64,000 bases of DNA from an uncultured Armatimonadetes bacterium (GTDB taxonomy: Bacteria; Armatimonadota; UBA5829; DTJY01). The notes beneath the pieces are model-generated. The model was not told the origin of the DNA. It saw nothing but the letters and a program-made list of their open reading frames with translations, and made no database searches. The stretch lies in contig OY970325.1 of assembly GCA_963717145.1 (NCBI GenBank), positions 5,302,868 through 5,366,867 of the forward strand, in the 5' to 3' direction. The position numbers were made by a program, and so were the translations under genes. Below, one piece after another: positions 1-8,432 of the stretch (positions within the stretch are counted from its first letter, which is position 1; every line of letters starts with the position of its first letter).

Positions 1-579
1 GACACGGCTCTCCAGAATCGTTCGGAACTTGCGGTCTATGATTGGCGTCTTTCAGATCAGGAACGCCGTCTGGCGGTCGCCGAGGATCAGATGCGGCCGA
101 GAGTCGATGCGGTCATCGGCTATCGGTCACAGAATGAAAGTACAGGGGCCATTTCGACGTCACTCTTCAATTCGGGGTCGCTCACGGCGGGCTTCGAGGT
201 CAACCTCCCGCTGGACAGGGTCACGAGGGTGGAAGAGCGCGACACAACCGCTCGGGGGATCGAAGTGCTGAAGGAACTGCGCGCCTACAGAGCGGACCAG
301 ATTATCGAGGAGGTCCGCCGTGCCTATCGATCACTCGATGCGACGCAGACCTCGCTATCGATCTACAGCCAGAACCTCCAGGCGGCGAACGAGCAGCTCT
401 ATCTGGCCCAACGCATGGTGCTGGAAGGCCTGGGATCAAACCGCGAGGTTCAGGATGCGCAGAACTCACTGACGCGTGTGGAGAGCGGACTGCTCGCCGC
501 CAAGACCGACCTTTATCTCGCCGGCGTGGAACTGATGTACGCCATGGGCGAAGACTTGTCAACGGTGGTATTGAAATGA
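1..579 (+). CDS. TolC-family outer membrane efflux protein (5'-partial)
   Basis: Frame open from base 1; C-terminal OEP-like helices (EEVRRAYRSL...QNLQAANEQL...EGLGSNREVQDAQNSL); overlaps the downstream adaptor gene (ATGA). Confidence 0.8.
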   Translation, partial: DTALQNRSELAVYDWRLSDQERRLAVAEDQMRPRVDAVIGYRSQNESTGAISTSLFNSGSLTAGFEVNLPLDRVTRVEERDTTARGIEVLKELRAYRADQIIEEVRRAYRSLDATQTSLSIYSQNLQAANEQLYLAQRMVLEGLGSNREVQDAQNSLTRVESGLLAAKTDLYLAGVELMYAMGEDLSTVVLK

Positions 580-1976
580 AACAGATTATCAAAGCCTGGG
601 CGCCACGCACCATCATGATAGTGATACTGGTGTTTGCAGGCCAGCAGTGGGGCATGCCGCTCTACAAGCAATACTTTACTCCGAAGAGTACCGAGGTCTA
701 CATCCCGACGTCCAAGGTCAAAGCGGGCGGGTTCATGGTCAGCTTCCACGAGATCGGAACTCTCGATGCGGAACGGTCCGTGGCGGTCAACTCCGGTATC
801 AACGGCAAGATCATCACGCTTGTTGACGAGGGCACTGTGGTCAAAGCCGGCGACGAGATCGCGGTCCTCGACACCGAAGACCTCGAACGCGAGGTCAACA
901 GCGCGACTCTTGAGTATGAGAACCAGATGGCGGACGTGAAGCGCGCCAATGAGGAACTCGCGCTGCTCCAGGAGTCCAACAGGATCGACAAGGAGCAGAC
1001 CGAGGCCCAGCTCAACTTCGACCAGAGTGAGCTGCAGATCGCCCAGCAGGACTTGGAGAAAAAGACGCGGCTGGCTGACGAGAAACTGATACCCGGCACG
1101 CAGGTGGACCAGGCCGAGGCCGTGAAGCGCTCCAAAGAACTTGCAGTCAAGAAGGACCAGGCACAGCTCGAGTTGAAGCTGAAGGAGATAAAGTCAAAGG
1201 AAGATCAGAAGCAGGCCGAGATAGGCAACCTGGGTTTCCGCGCCAAGATGGCAAAACGGAGTCTCGACCGCGTGAGCGAGCGCATGGGTGGTGCGACGAT
1301 CCTGGCTCCCGCTCCGGGCCTCGTCGTGCTGTCCAAGACATATGACAGCGGAAGCCGACGGCCGATCCGGGAAGGTGATGACGTGGATCCGCGCGAGGCG
1401 TTGTGCCAACTGCCGGACCTGTCGAGCATGCTGGTCAGGGTCCAGGTCGGGGAGGCTGACGCCCCGAAGGTGACCCTCGGCATGCCGGTACTCATCCGGC
1501 TCGAGGCCGCGCCCAAGAAGATCTACCACGGCTCCGTCAAAGGCATATCCGCTCTCGCAACCGAGGGCAATCCCTGGGAAGGCGGCACGCCCGGGAAGCG
1601 GAATTTCGAGGTGCAGGTCGCGGTCGCTGAGCGCGATCCCTCGACTATCAAGCCCGGCATGACGGCTGACGTGGAGTTCGTCGTCGACCAGCTCAAGTCG
1701 GCGATCTTCGTTCCGATCGAGTCGGTCATCGAGCAGAACGGCAAGACCTTTGCTTTCATCAGGGAAGGCAGCCGATACGAAAAAGTGCCGGTAAAGACCG
1801 GTAAGAGCAACGACAACTTCATCTGCATCACCCATGGGCTCAAGGCTGGGCAGACAGTGGCGCTCAGGGATCCGACTCGCGATCTCGAGCAGCAGGAAGC
1901 CGGCAGCAAAGCTCCGGGCGCCAACAAAGAGAAGGACAAGAAACAGGCAGCGCCGATACCGGGCGCCAACCAGTAG
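576..1976 (+). CDS. Efflux periplasmic adaptor (MacA/HlyD-like membrane fusion protein)
   Basis: N-terminal TM, lipoyl half-motifs (GKIITLVDEGTVVKAGD; ILAPAPGLV), coiled coil, IKPGMTADV. Confidence 0.9.
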   Translation: MKQIIKAWAPRTIMIVILVFAGQQWGMPLYKQYFTPKSTEVYIPTSKVKAGGFMVSFHEIGTLDAERSVAVNSGINGKIITLVDEGTVVKAGDEIAVLDTEDLEREVNSATLEYENQMADVKRANEELALLQESNRIDKEQTEAQLNFDQSELQIAQQDLEKKTRLADEKLIPGTQVDQAEAVKRSKELAVKKDQAQLELKLKEIKSKEDQKQAEIGNLGFRAKMAKRSLDRVSERMGGATILAPAPGLVVLSKTYDSGSRRPIREGDDVDPREALCQLPDLSSMLVRVQVGEADAPKVTLGMPVLIRLEAAPKKIYHGSVKGISALATEGNPWEGGTPGKRNFEVQVAVAERDPSTIKPGMTADVEFVVDQLKSAIFVPIESVIEQNGKTFAFIREGSRYEKVPVKTGKSNDNFICITHGLKAGQTVALRDPTRDLEQQEAGSKAPGANKEKDKKQAAPIPGANQ

Positions 1977-1984
1977 GGAGCAGT

Positions 1985-3289
1985 ATGGGAGTTATTGACG
2001 CGATCCGAACCGGCCTGTCCGAGCTTCTTTCCCACAAAATGCGGTCGATGCTCACCATGCTCGGCGTCATCTTCGGCGTTGCTGCGGTCATTGCAATGGT
2101 CTCGATCGGTGAGGGCGCAAAGCAGGAGGCACTGGCGCAGATTCGGCTCATGGGCATAGACGTCGTGCACATCAAGCGCGCACTGACGAGCGGGGAACTT
2201 GCGGAGAAGGCACAGGAGCGCTCACCTTACGGGCTGAAGTACGCCGACTGTGAGAGCATACGTCAGGTCTGCAGCTTTGCCCGACAGGTTATCCCCTTGC
2301 GCGAGGTCTTCGCTGATGTGAGAGTCGGGGAGACACCGGTCGCGGTCAAGGTCGTCGGCACCGTCCCCGGCTATGAGGACGTGACGCACTCCAATGTATC
2401 CCGCGGGCGGTTCCTGAACGAGCGCGACATCCGCGATCGAATGATGGTGTGTGTGATCGGCGCAGCCGCGAAGAGGGAACTCTTCGGGTTCGACGAGCCG
2501 ATCGGCGAGATGGTCACGATCGGTCGCGAGTTGTTCCGCGTCGTCGGCATAATGGAAGCCAAGGAAGTAGGATCGGCGAAGGCCCTCTCGGCCCTGCGTG
2601 ACCTGAACTCGGACATCTATATTCCCATCACGATTTCGCTGTCCGACTTCCAGGTTTCGTCTCAGGAGTCGATTCCCTCCGACTACATCAAGCTGAGGCA
2701 GATCGCCTGGCGTCTGCGCAATAAGCCGAGCCTCGACAAGAGCCCGATCACCGAGGTGATCGTTCAGGTGGAAAACGAGGGAGCGACAGTGCCCACAGCG
2801 TCCGTCGTCCGATCGGTGCTCGATCGTCTGCACCGAGGGATCCGCGACTACGAGATCATCATCCCGGCTGAGCTGCTGCGTCAGAGCCAGCAGACCCAGC
2901 GGATCTTCAATATCGTCATGGCGGCGATTGCTTCGATCTCGCTGCTCGTCGGTGGAATCGGCATCATGAACATCATGCTCGCGACGGTGACCCAGCGCAC
3001 CCGAGAGATCGGCGTGCGGCGCTGCATCGGTGCAACGAGATGGGATATCATCCGTCAGTTCATGGTGGAGGCTTTGGTCATCACATGCGCCGGCGGCCTG
3101 ATCGGTGTCGCACTCGGGATAGGCGGTGCGCGCGCGATCTCGGTATACGCGAATTGGAGCACGGTGGTGTCGATGCAGGCGGTCGTGTTGGCGTTTGGTG
3201 TCTCGGCGATCGTCGGCATAGTGTTCGGGCTGTATCCGGCCGCACGAGCCGCCGCCGTCGACCCGATCGAAGCACTCCGATATTCGTAA
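1985..3289 (+). CDS. MacB-like ABC transporter permease
   Basis: RSMLTMLGVIFGVAAVIAM, SLLVGGIGIMNIMLATVTQRTREIGVR, GLYPAARAA..DPIEALRY. Confidence 0.95.
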   Translation: MGVIDAIRTGLSELLSHKMRSMLTMLGVIFGVAAVIAMVSIGEGAKQEALAQIRLMGIDVVHIKRALTSGELAEKAQERSPYGLKYADCESIRQVCSFARQVIPLREVFADVRVGETPVAVKVVGTVPGYEDVTHSNVSRGRFLNERDIRDRMMVCVIGAAAKRELFGFDEPIGEMVTIGRELFRVVGIMEAKEVGSAKALSALRDLNSDIYIPITISLSDFQVSSQESIPSDYIKLRQIAWRLRNKPSLDKSPITEVIVQVENEGATVPTASVVRSVLDRLHRGIRDYEIIIPAELLRQSQQTQRIFNIVMAAIASISLLVGGIGIMNIMLATVTQRTREIGVRRCIGATRWDIIRQFMVEALVITCAGGLIGVALGIGGARAISVYANWSTVVSMQAVVLAFGVSAIVGIVFGLYPAARAAAVDPIEALRYS

Positions 3290-3292
3290 AGC

Positions 3293-3367
3293 ATGGTTGA
3301 TGGTTGATGGTTCATGGTTGATGTGGAGCCATTCCCCATTGACCATAGACCATGAACCATCAACCAT
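3293..3367. repeat. Family A inverted heptamer array (ATGGTTG)n...(CCATCAA)n
   Basis: 4-5 ATGGTTN units followed by 5-6 complementary CCATNNA units forming a hairpin; also at 5028 and 6193. Confidence 0.9.
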
Positions 3368-3379
3368 AAAGGGTTTTCC

Positions 3380-4138
3380 ATGTCACTTATTCTGGTCAAA
3401 GACCTTACCAAAACGTACTTTATCGGCAAGATCGAAGTGCCGGCGTTGAGGGGAGTATCCTTTCGCGTCGAGCCGGGCGAGTTCGTCGCCGTCATGGGCC
3501 CGTCCGGATCGGGCAAGTCCACGCTGATGAACCTGATCGGATGCCTCGACAAGCCGACCTCGGGCACTTACGTCCTCGATGGACAGGATGTGAGCCGCCT
3601 GAGCGATGCCGCCCGAGCCGCCATCCGCAATCGCAAGATCGGGTTCGTCTTCCAGAGCTTCAACCTGCTCCCCAGGATGTCGGCGCTGAAGAACACCGGC
3701 CTGCCCATGATGTATTCCAGCGGACGAAGAGACAGCCAGGCGCCAAGGCGGGCCCTGGTAGCCGTCGGCCTCGAGAAACGTATGTACCACACTCCCATGG
3801 AACTCTCAGGTGGCGAGCAGCAGCGTGTGGCCATTGCACGCGCTCTGGTGAACGATCCGCCCGTCATCTTCGGGGACGAGCCGACCGGTAACCTCGATAC
3901 CGCGACCAGCACGGAGATCATGGCGATCTTCCAGAAGTTGAACGAGGAGGGGAAGACGGTCGTCATCGTCACGCATGAGACCGATATCGCTCAGCACTGC
4001 AAACGCATCCTTCGATTTCGTGATGGACTGCTCGAGTCGGACGAATTGGTGGCCGAGCAGATCATCGCCCAGCCCTCGGAGTGCGGTGGCTCGACACCGC
4101 TTTTGCCGGACCCGCCGTGTCAAGCCACGGCTCAGTAA
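3380..4138 (+). CDS. ABC transporter ATP-binding protein (LolD/MacB type)
   Basis: Walker [33 protein letters not shown]; last ~20 aa come from a repeat. Confidence 0.95.
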   Translation: MSLILVKDLTKTYFIGKIEVPALRGVSFRVEPGEFVAVMGPSGSGKSTLMNLIGCLDKPTSGTYVLDGQDVSRLSDAARAAIRNRKIGFVFQSFNLLPRMSALKNTGLPMMYSSGRRDSQAPRRALVAVGLEKRMYHTPMELSGGEQQRVAIARALVNDPPVIFGDEPTGNLDTATSTEIMAIFQKLNEEGKTVVIVTHETDIAQHCKRILRFRDGLLESDELVAEQIIAQPSECGGSTPLLPDPPCQATAQ

Positions 4139-4191
4139 AGCGGTGTCGAGCCACCGCACTCCGAGGGCGGTGTCGAGCCGCCGGATTCCAA
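4073..4191. repeat. Family B REP-like element (GGAGTGCGG...CCGCACTCC)
   Basis: Perfect 31-bp inverted repeat 4073-4103 / 4137-4167 plus degenerate extra copies. Confidence 0.9.
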
Positions 4192-4258
4192 GGGGAAGGA
4201 TACCGCTCGCCGGTGGTGTAATGAAACCGTAACACTCCATTCGAAACGAGGATGACAC

Positions 4259-5024
4259 ATGGCCAGCTCACAAATCGCTGCTCAACTGTACACACTGCGC
4301 GAGTTCACTAAGACTCCTGCCGAGATTGCCGACACGATGAAGAAGGTCGCCCAGATTGGCTACGAATCGGTACAGGTCTCAGGCATGGGGAAGATCGACC
4401 CGCATGAGCTGAGGAAGATCGTCGATGGCGAGGGGCTCACGATCTGCTCGACCCACACTTCCTACGACCGCATGAAGAACGAGACCGCCGCCGTCATCGA
4501 GGAGCACCACGTGATCGGCTGCAAGCATCCGGCGGTACGCCAGTATCCCTCAGCAGTTTCGCAACGCTGAGGGATTTCACACGTTCGCGAAAGAAGCCTC
4601 CGAGGTGGCACAGAAACTGGCCGAGGGTGGGCTGACCTGGAGCTACCACAACCACAGCTTCGAACTCGAGAAGTTCGGCGACAAGATCGGCCTCGAGATC
4701 CTGCGCTCCGAGAGCGACCCGAAGTACTTCTTCCTGGAGATCGATACCTACTGGATCCAGCACGGCGGCGGAGACTCGGCGGAGTGGATCACGAAGTGCA
4801 AGGGACGCGCTCCGTTGCTCCACCTGAAGGACATGGGCAATCAGGGCGGTCAGCCGCTCATGATGGAGATCGGCGAGGGTAACCTCAACTGGCCCAAGAT
4901 CCTCGATGCCGCCAAGAAATCCGGAGTCGAGTGGTACATCATCGAGCAGGATGTTTGCCAGCGCGACCCGTTCGAGAGCCTGGCGATCAGCCTGCGGAAT
5001 CTGAACGCGATGGGGCTAGTGTAG
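4259..5024 (+). CDS. Sugar phosphate isomerase/epimerase (xylose-isomerase-like TIM barrel), one frameshift near 4537
   Basis: QLYTLRE, YHNHSFE, EIDTYW, LHLKD, IEQD motifs split over ORFs 4259-4570 and 4605-5024; removing one base restores the frame. Confidence 0.85.
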
Positions 5025-5027
5025 AGA

Positions 5028-5106
5028 ATGGTTGATGGGGAATGGTTAATGGTTAATGGGGATGATCCGGTCTGCCATCTGCCATCAACCATCAACCATC
5101 AAGCAT
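5028..5106. repeat. Family A inverted heptamer array
   Basis: ATGGTTG/ATGGGGA/ATGGTTA units then CCATCTG/CCATCAA units. Confidence 0.85.
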
Positions 5107-5128
5107 CTCCCATTCCCCCTGGAGTGCC

Positions 5129-5665
5129 ATGGAGCTTGAGACCGAGCGACTGATACTGCGACCGGTGGAAGAGGATGATGCGGCGATCCTTCATCCGCTC
5201 ATCGACGATGCTGATGTCGCGGCCACGATGCTCAGCACTCCGCATCCGTACCCGGAAGGCGAATTCCGCGCATTCATCAGGAACGCTCGGGAGTCGCTGG
5301 AGCGCCGAGAGCGATACGAGATGGCGATCGTGCTGAAGGAGACAGGGCTTCCGGTCGGCGCGATCAGGTTCTTCAACATGGCTTGGGAGCATCTGCGATG
5401 CGAGACGGGCTGTTGGCTCGGAAAGACGTACTGGGGCAGAGGATATGCGACCGAGGCCACCGAGGCGATGATCCGATTCGGCTTCGAGGAACTCGGCCTT
5501 GAGAGCATACATGCCCACTGCCTGGAGAGCAACAAGGCATCCGCGCGGGTGCTCGAGAAGGCGGGGCTCACGCTTGAGGGGAAGATCAGGCGCGCCGTCA
5601 GGAAGGGCGACGAGTTCCACGACGTGCTGCTCTTCGGGATCATCAGGGAGGATTTCGGACGATGA
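5129..5665 (+). CDS. GNAT N-acetyltransferase (RimJ/RimL family)
   Basis: LETERLILRP, YWGRGYATEA, SNKASARVLEKAG. Confidence 0.92.
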   Translation: MELETERLILRPVEEDDAAILHPLIDDADVAATMLSTPHPYPEGEFRAFIRNARESLERRERYEMAIVLKETGLPVGAIRFFNMAWEHLRCETGCWLGKTYWGRGYATEATEAMIRFGFEELGLESIHAHCLESNKASARVLEKAGLTLEGKIRRAVRKGDEFHDVLLFGIIREDFGR

Positions 5666-6207
5666 AACTTGAAACCGAACGTCTGCTCCTTCGCCCGCTC
5701 AAGGACTCAGATGCGGCCGATCTGTATCCGATCATCAACGACCCCGAGGTGAGCAACAACCTGCTCGTTCCGCATCCCTTCCCCAAGTCACGGATGCTCC
5801 CCTGGATTCGTGAGCGTCGTGAAGCCCTACTGAACAAGGAACGGTACATGCTCGCGGTCGTGCCCAGGGAGGTCGGCAAGGCGATCGGCATCTGCGGGCT
5901 TATCGGCATCTCGTGGGAGCACATGAACGGCGAGATGATCTACTGGATCGGCAAGCCGCATTGGGGCAAGGGATACATCACTGAGGCCGGCAGGGAACTC
6001 CTCCGCTTCGGATTCGAGGACCTCGGCTTCGAGCGGATCTCGGTCGGATGCTTCACGCGCAACAAGGCCTCGTCGCGCGTGATCGAGAAGCTCGGGTTTG
6101 CATTCGAGGGCTGCTTCCGCCACGAGTTCCGGAAAGACGGTGAGTACCTCGACGTCCTCCACTACGGGATGCTCCGCGAGGACTACGAGGGGATGGGGAA
6201 TGGTTGA
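5662..6207 (+). CDS. GNAT N-acetyltransferase (RimJ/RimL family), tandem paralog
   Basis: LETERLLLRP, HWGKGYITEA, NKASSRVIEKLGF; ATGA overlap with the previous gene. Confidence 0.92.
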   Translation: MKLETERLLLRPLKDSDAADLYPIINDPEVSNNLLVPHPFPKSRMLPWIRERREALLNKERYMLAVVPREVGKAIGICGLIGISWEHMNGEMIYWIGKPHWGKGYITEAGRELLRFGFEDLGFERISVGCFTRNKASSRVIEKLGFAFEGCFRHEFRKDGEYLDVLHYGMLREDYEGMGNG

Positions 6208-6278
6208 TGGTTCATGGTTTATGGTTGATGGCGGAATGCTCCCCATGAACCATTGACCATGAACCATCAACCATTCCC
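6193..6278. repeat. Family A inverted heptamer array between convergent genes
   Basis: Six ATGG-units and five CCAT-units; contains the stop codons of both flanking genes. Confidence 0.9.
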
Positions 6279-8358
6279 CGGCTCCGGCATCGCCTTTGAG
6301 AGCATCTCGAGGAACCCCGGACTCGGCGTGAGTCCGTACTCCCGGCACAGAGCGATTTCCTTCCATGCGCCGGCGTAGTCACTCTTCGCATATAGCGCAA
6401 TCGCCAGATTGTGGTGGGCTTCCGCGTAATCCGGCCTCGATCTCAGAGCCTGGCGATAGTGATCTATCGCCCCGTCCGGATCCCCCTTGCTGATGAGAAC
6501 GACCCCCATATTGAGGTGCGCCTCCGGGTAGTCTGGCCGGATCCACAGCGCCTTGGAGTACTCGCTCATGGCCTCATCCACGCTGCCGAGTGTCCTGAAG
6601 ACTTCCCCCAGGTTGAGGTGCGCCTGCGGGTCACTTGGGTCGAGCTCGACAGCGGTGCGGTACTCGGCAACGGCTTCATCCGTCTGACCCAGTTGGAGGA
6701 GTGCATGAGCCAGGTTCCCATGAGGCGCGGCCAGATTCGTGTCCAGCGCGATCGATCTCCTGTATGCCGCGATCGCCTCGTCGATCTTCTGCTGCTGCTC
6801 CAGGACAGAGCCCAGGTTGTTGTATACCGTGGGGTCCTGGGGATTCGCCTTGATCGACTTGTTGTACTCCGCGACGGCCTCATCCAACCTGTCGAGGTCC
6901 GACAGCGCGTTCCCAAGATTCGTGTGCACATCAGCGTAGGTCGAAACGATCGCGAGCGCCTTCCGGTACTCGGCGATCGCGGCTTCGGGATGGCCCTGGT
7001 CATAGAGCGCCACCCCGAGATTGTTGTGCATCATGAAGTTTCCTCTGAGTCACCGCCAGCGCGTGTCTGCAGAGGGATATCTCGTCCTTCCAGTACCCGG
7101 TTTGCCGCCACGTGCCGACCACGCAGGCGGCGATGATGAGGACGGCGGGGACGGAGAGTACGGGAGTATGGGGGTATGGGCGTGTGGGAGCGCTGCCGGA
7201 GTTCGATCTCCCATACCCCCACACCCCCATACTCCAATACTCCGCAACCGCCCACGTCAGCGCGATGAACACGCCGATCAGCGGCACATAGGTGTACCTG
7301 TCCGCCATCGACTGCGATCCGACCTGCACGAGGCCGATCACGGGCAGGAGTGTGATGACGAACCACGACCAGCCGACCGCCAGATAGGGCTTTCTCCTCG
7401 CGAGGAGGATCACGAGCGCGGTGATGCCGGTCAGGAGTACGGTCGAACCGATCACCTGCCACACAGGGATGGTGATCCCCCGATGCGGGTAGAAGGCCGC
7501 CAGGCCCGTTGGAACGATCATCTTCCAGAGGTACCACACCGTGGAAACAAGGGCGTTCGCTACTCGTACGCCGAGCGGGAACCCGCTGATCGCTACAGAC
7601 CCGCTGGCCTGCTGCGCGAGATAGGTCACGATCGCGGAGCCGATGGACAGGGCGAAGAGAGGGATCTTCTCGACTATCAGGGCCGTAGGGGAGGTCTTCA
7701 ACGGCCTCCCGATCCGGGCGGGCGTAGAAGCACCGCCCATACGGGAAACGCCGGACCGTTCTAGAGGCCAGAAGTCGATCAGCAGCAGCACGAGCGGGAG
7801 GCTGACGAGCATCGGCTTCGACAGCAGCCCGAGAGCGAACAGCCCTGTGACAAGGGCATACGTGCCGATGCCGGGGCGCTCGACATACCGCACGTAGGCC
7901 AGCATCGTGAGCATCCAGAACAGCGCGCTCAGCACGTCCTTCCGTTCGGCGACCCATGCCACCGACTCGACGTGCAGCGGGTGAACGGCGAACAGCGCGG
8001 CCACGAATGCGCTCCTCCAGATGAATCCGGTCATTCGGCGAAGTACGGCGAAAAGGAGCACGACGTTGGCGACATGGAGCAGCAGATTGACGAGGTGTGG
8101 GCCGAACGGATCGAGCCCCCAGATCTGGCTGTCGAGCATGTGGGATATCCACGTGAGCGGGTGCCAGTTTGAGGCGAACATTGCCGTGAACGCCCAGTTG
8201 ATGTCCGCCCAGTTCAAGCCGTTCTGCACGTGCGGGTTGCCGAGGATGTACAGCTTGTCATCGAAGACGAAGCCGGCGACGAATACCCTCCAGAACGCTC
8301 CCGCAGTCACCACCGCGAGAAGCGCGGCCACTCCAATGAACCGGCGGTTTTTGTTCAT
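6267..8358 (-). CDS. TMTC-like GT-C membrane glycosyltransferase with C-terminal TPR repeats; one frameshift near 7040
   Basis: FVFDD, WHPLTWISH, HPLHVESVAWVAERKDVL, ADRYTYVP, then TPRs (ORF 6267-7034); an extra A in GGAAAC splits the frame. Confidence 0.85.
7156..7243. repeat. Family D inverted octamer array (GAGTATGG)n...(CCATACTC)n, intragenic
   Basis: Octamer periodicity on both arms; translated as SMGVWGYGRS...PTRPYPHTPVL. Confidence 0.85.
7684..7743. repeat. Family C GTAG-REP doublet, intragenic and in frame
   Basis: CGTAGGGGAGG-TCTTCAAC-GGCCTCCC ... GGGCGG..CCGCCCATACG; 60 bp. Confidence 0.85.
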
Positions 8359-8374
8359 GCAACCTGCCTCTTGC

Positions 8375-8432
8375 TGTAGGGGAGTCCTTCAACGGACTCC
8401 CGGTCGCGGGCGGGCGTTGAAGCCCCCCTACG
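8375..8432. repeat. Family C GTAG-REP doublet, intergenic
   Basis: TGTAGGGGAGTCCTTCAACGGACTCCC ... CCCCTACG; its TAG is the stop of the upstream gene. Confidence 0.85.

Noticed and set aside
4530..7045. Frameshifts in the isomerase and first TMTC-like gene as true pseudogenes or phase variation
   Set aside because: Single +1 insertions in otherwise intact genes without long slippery tracts; the same error type recurs across the window
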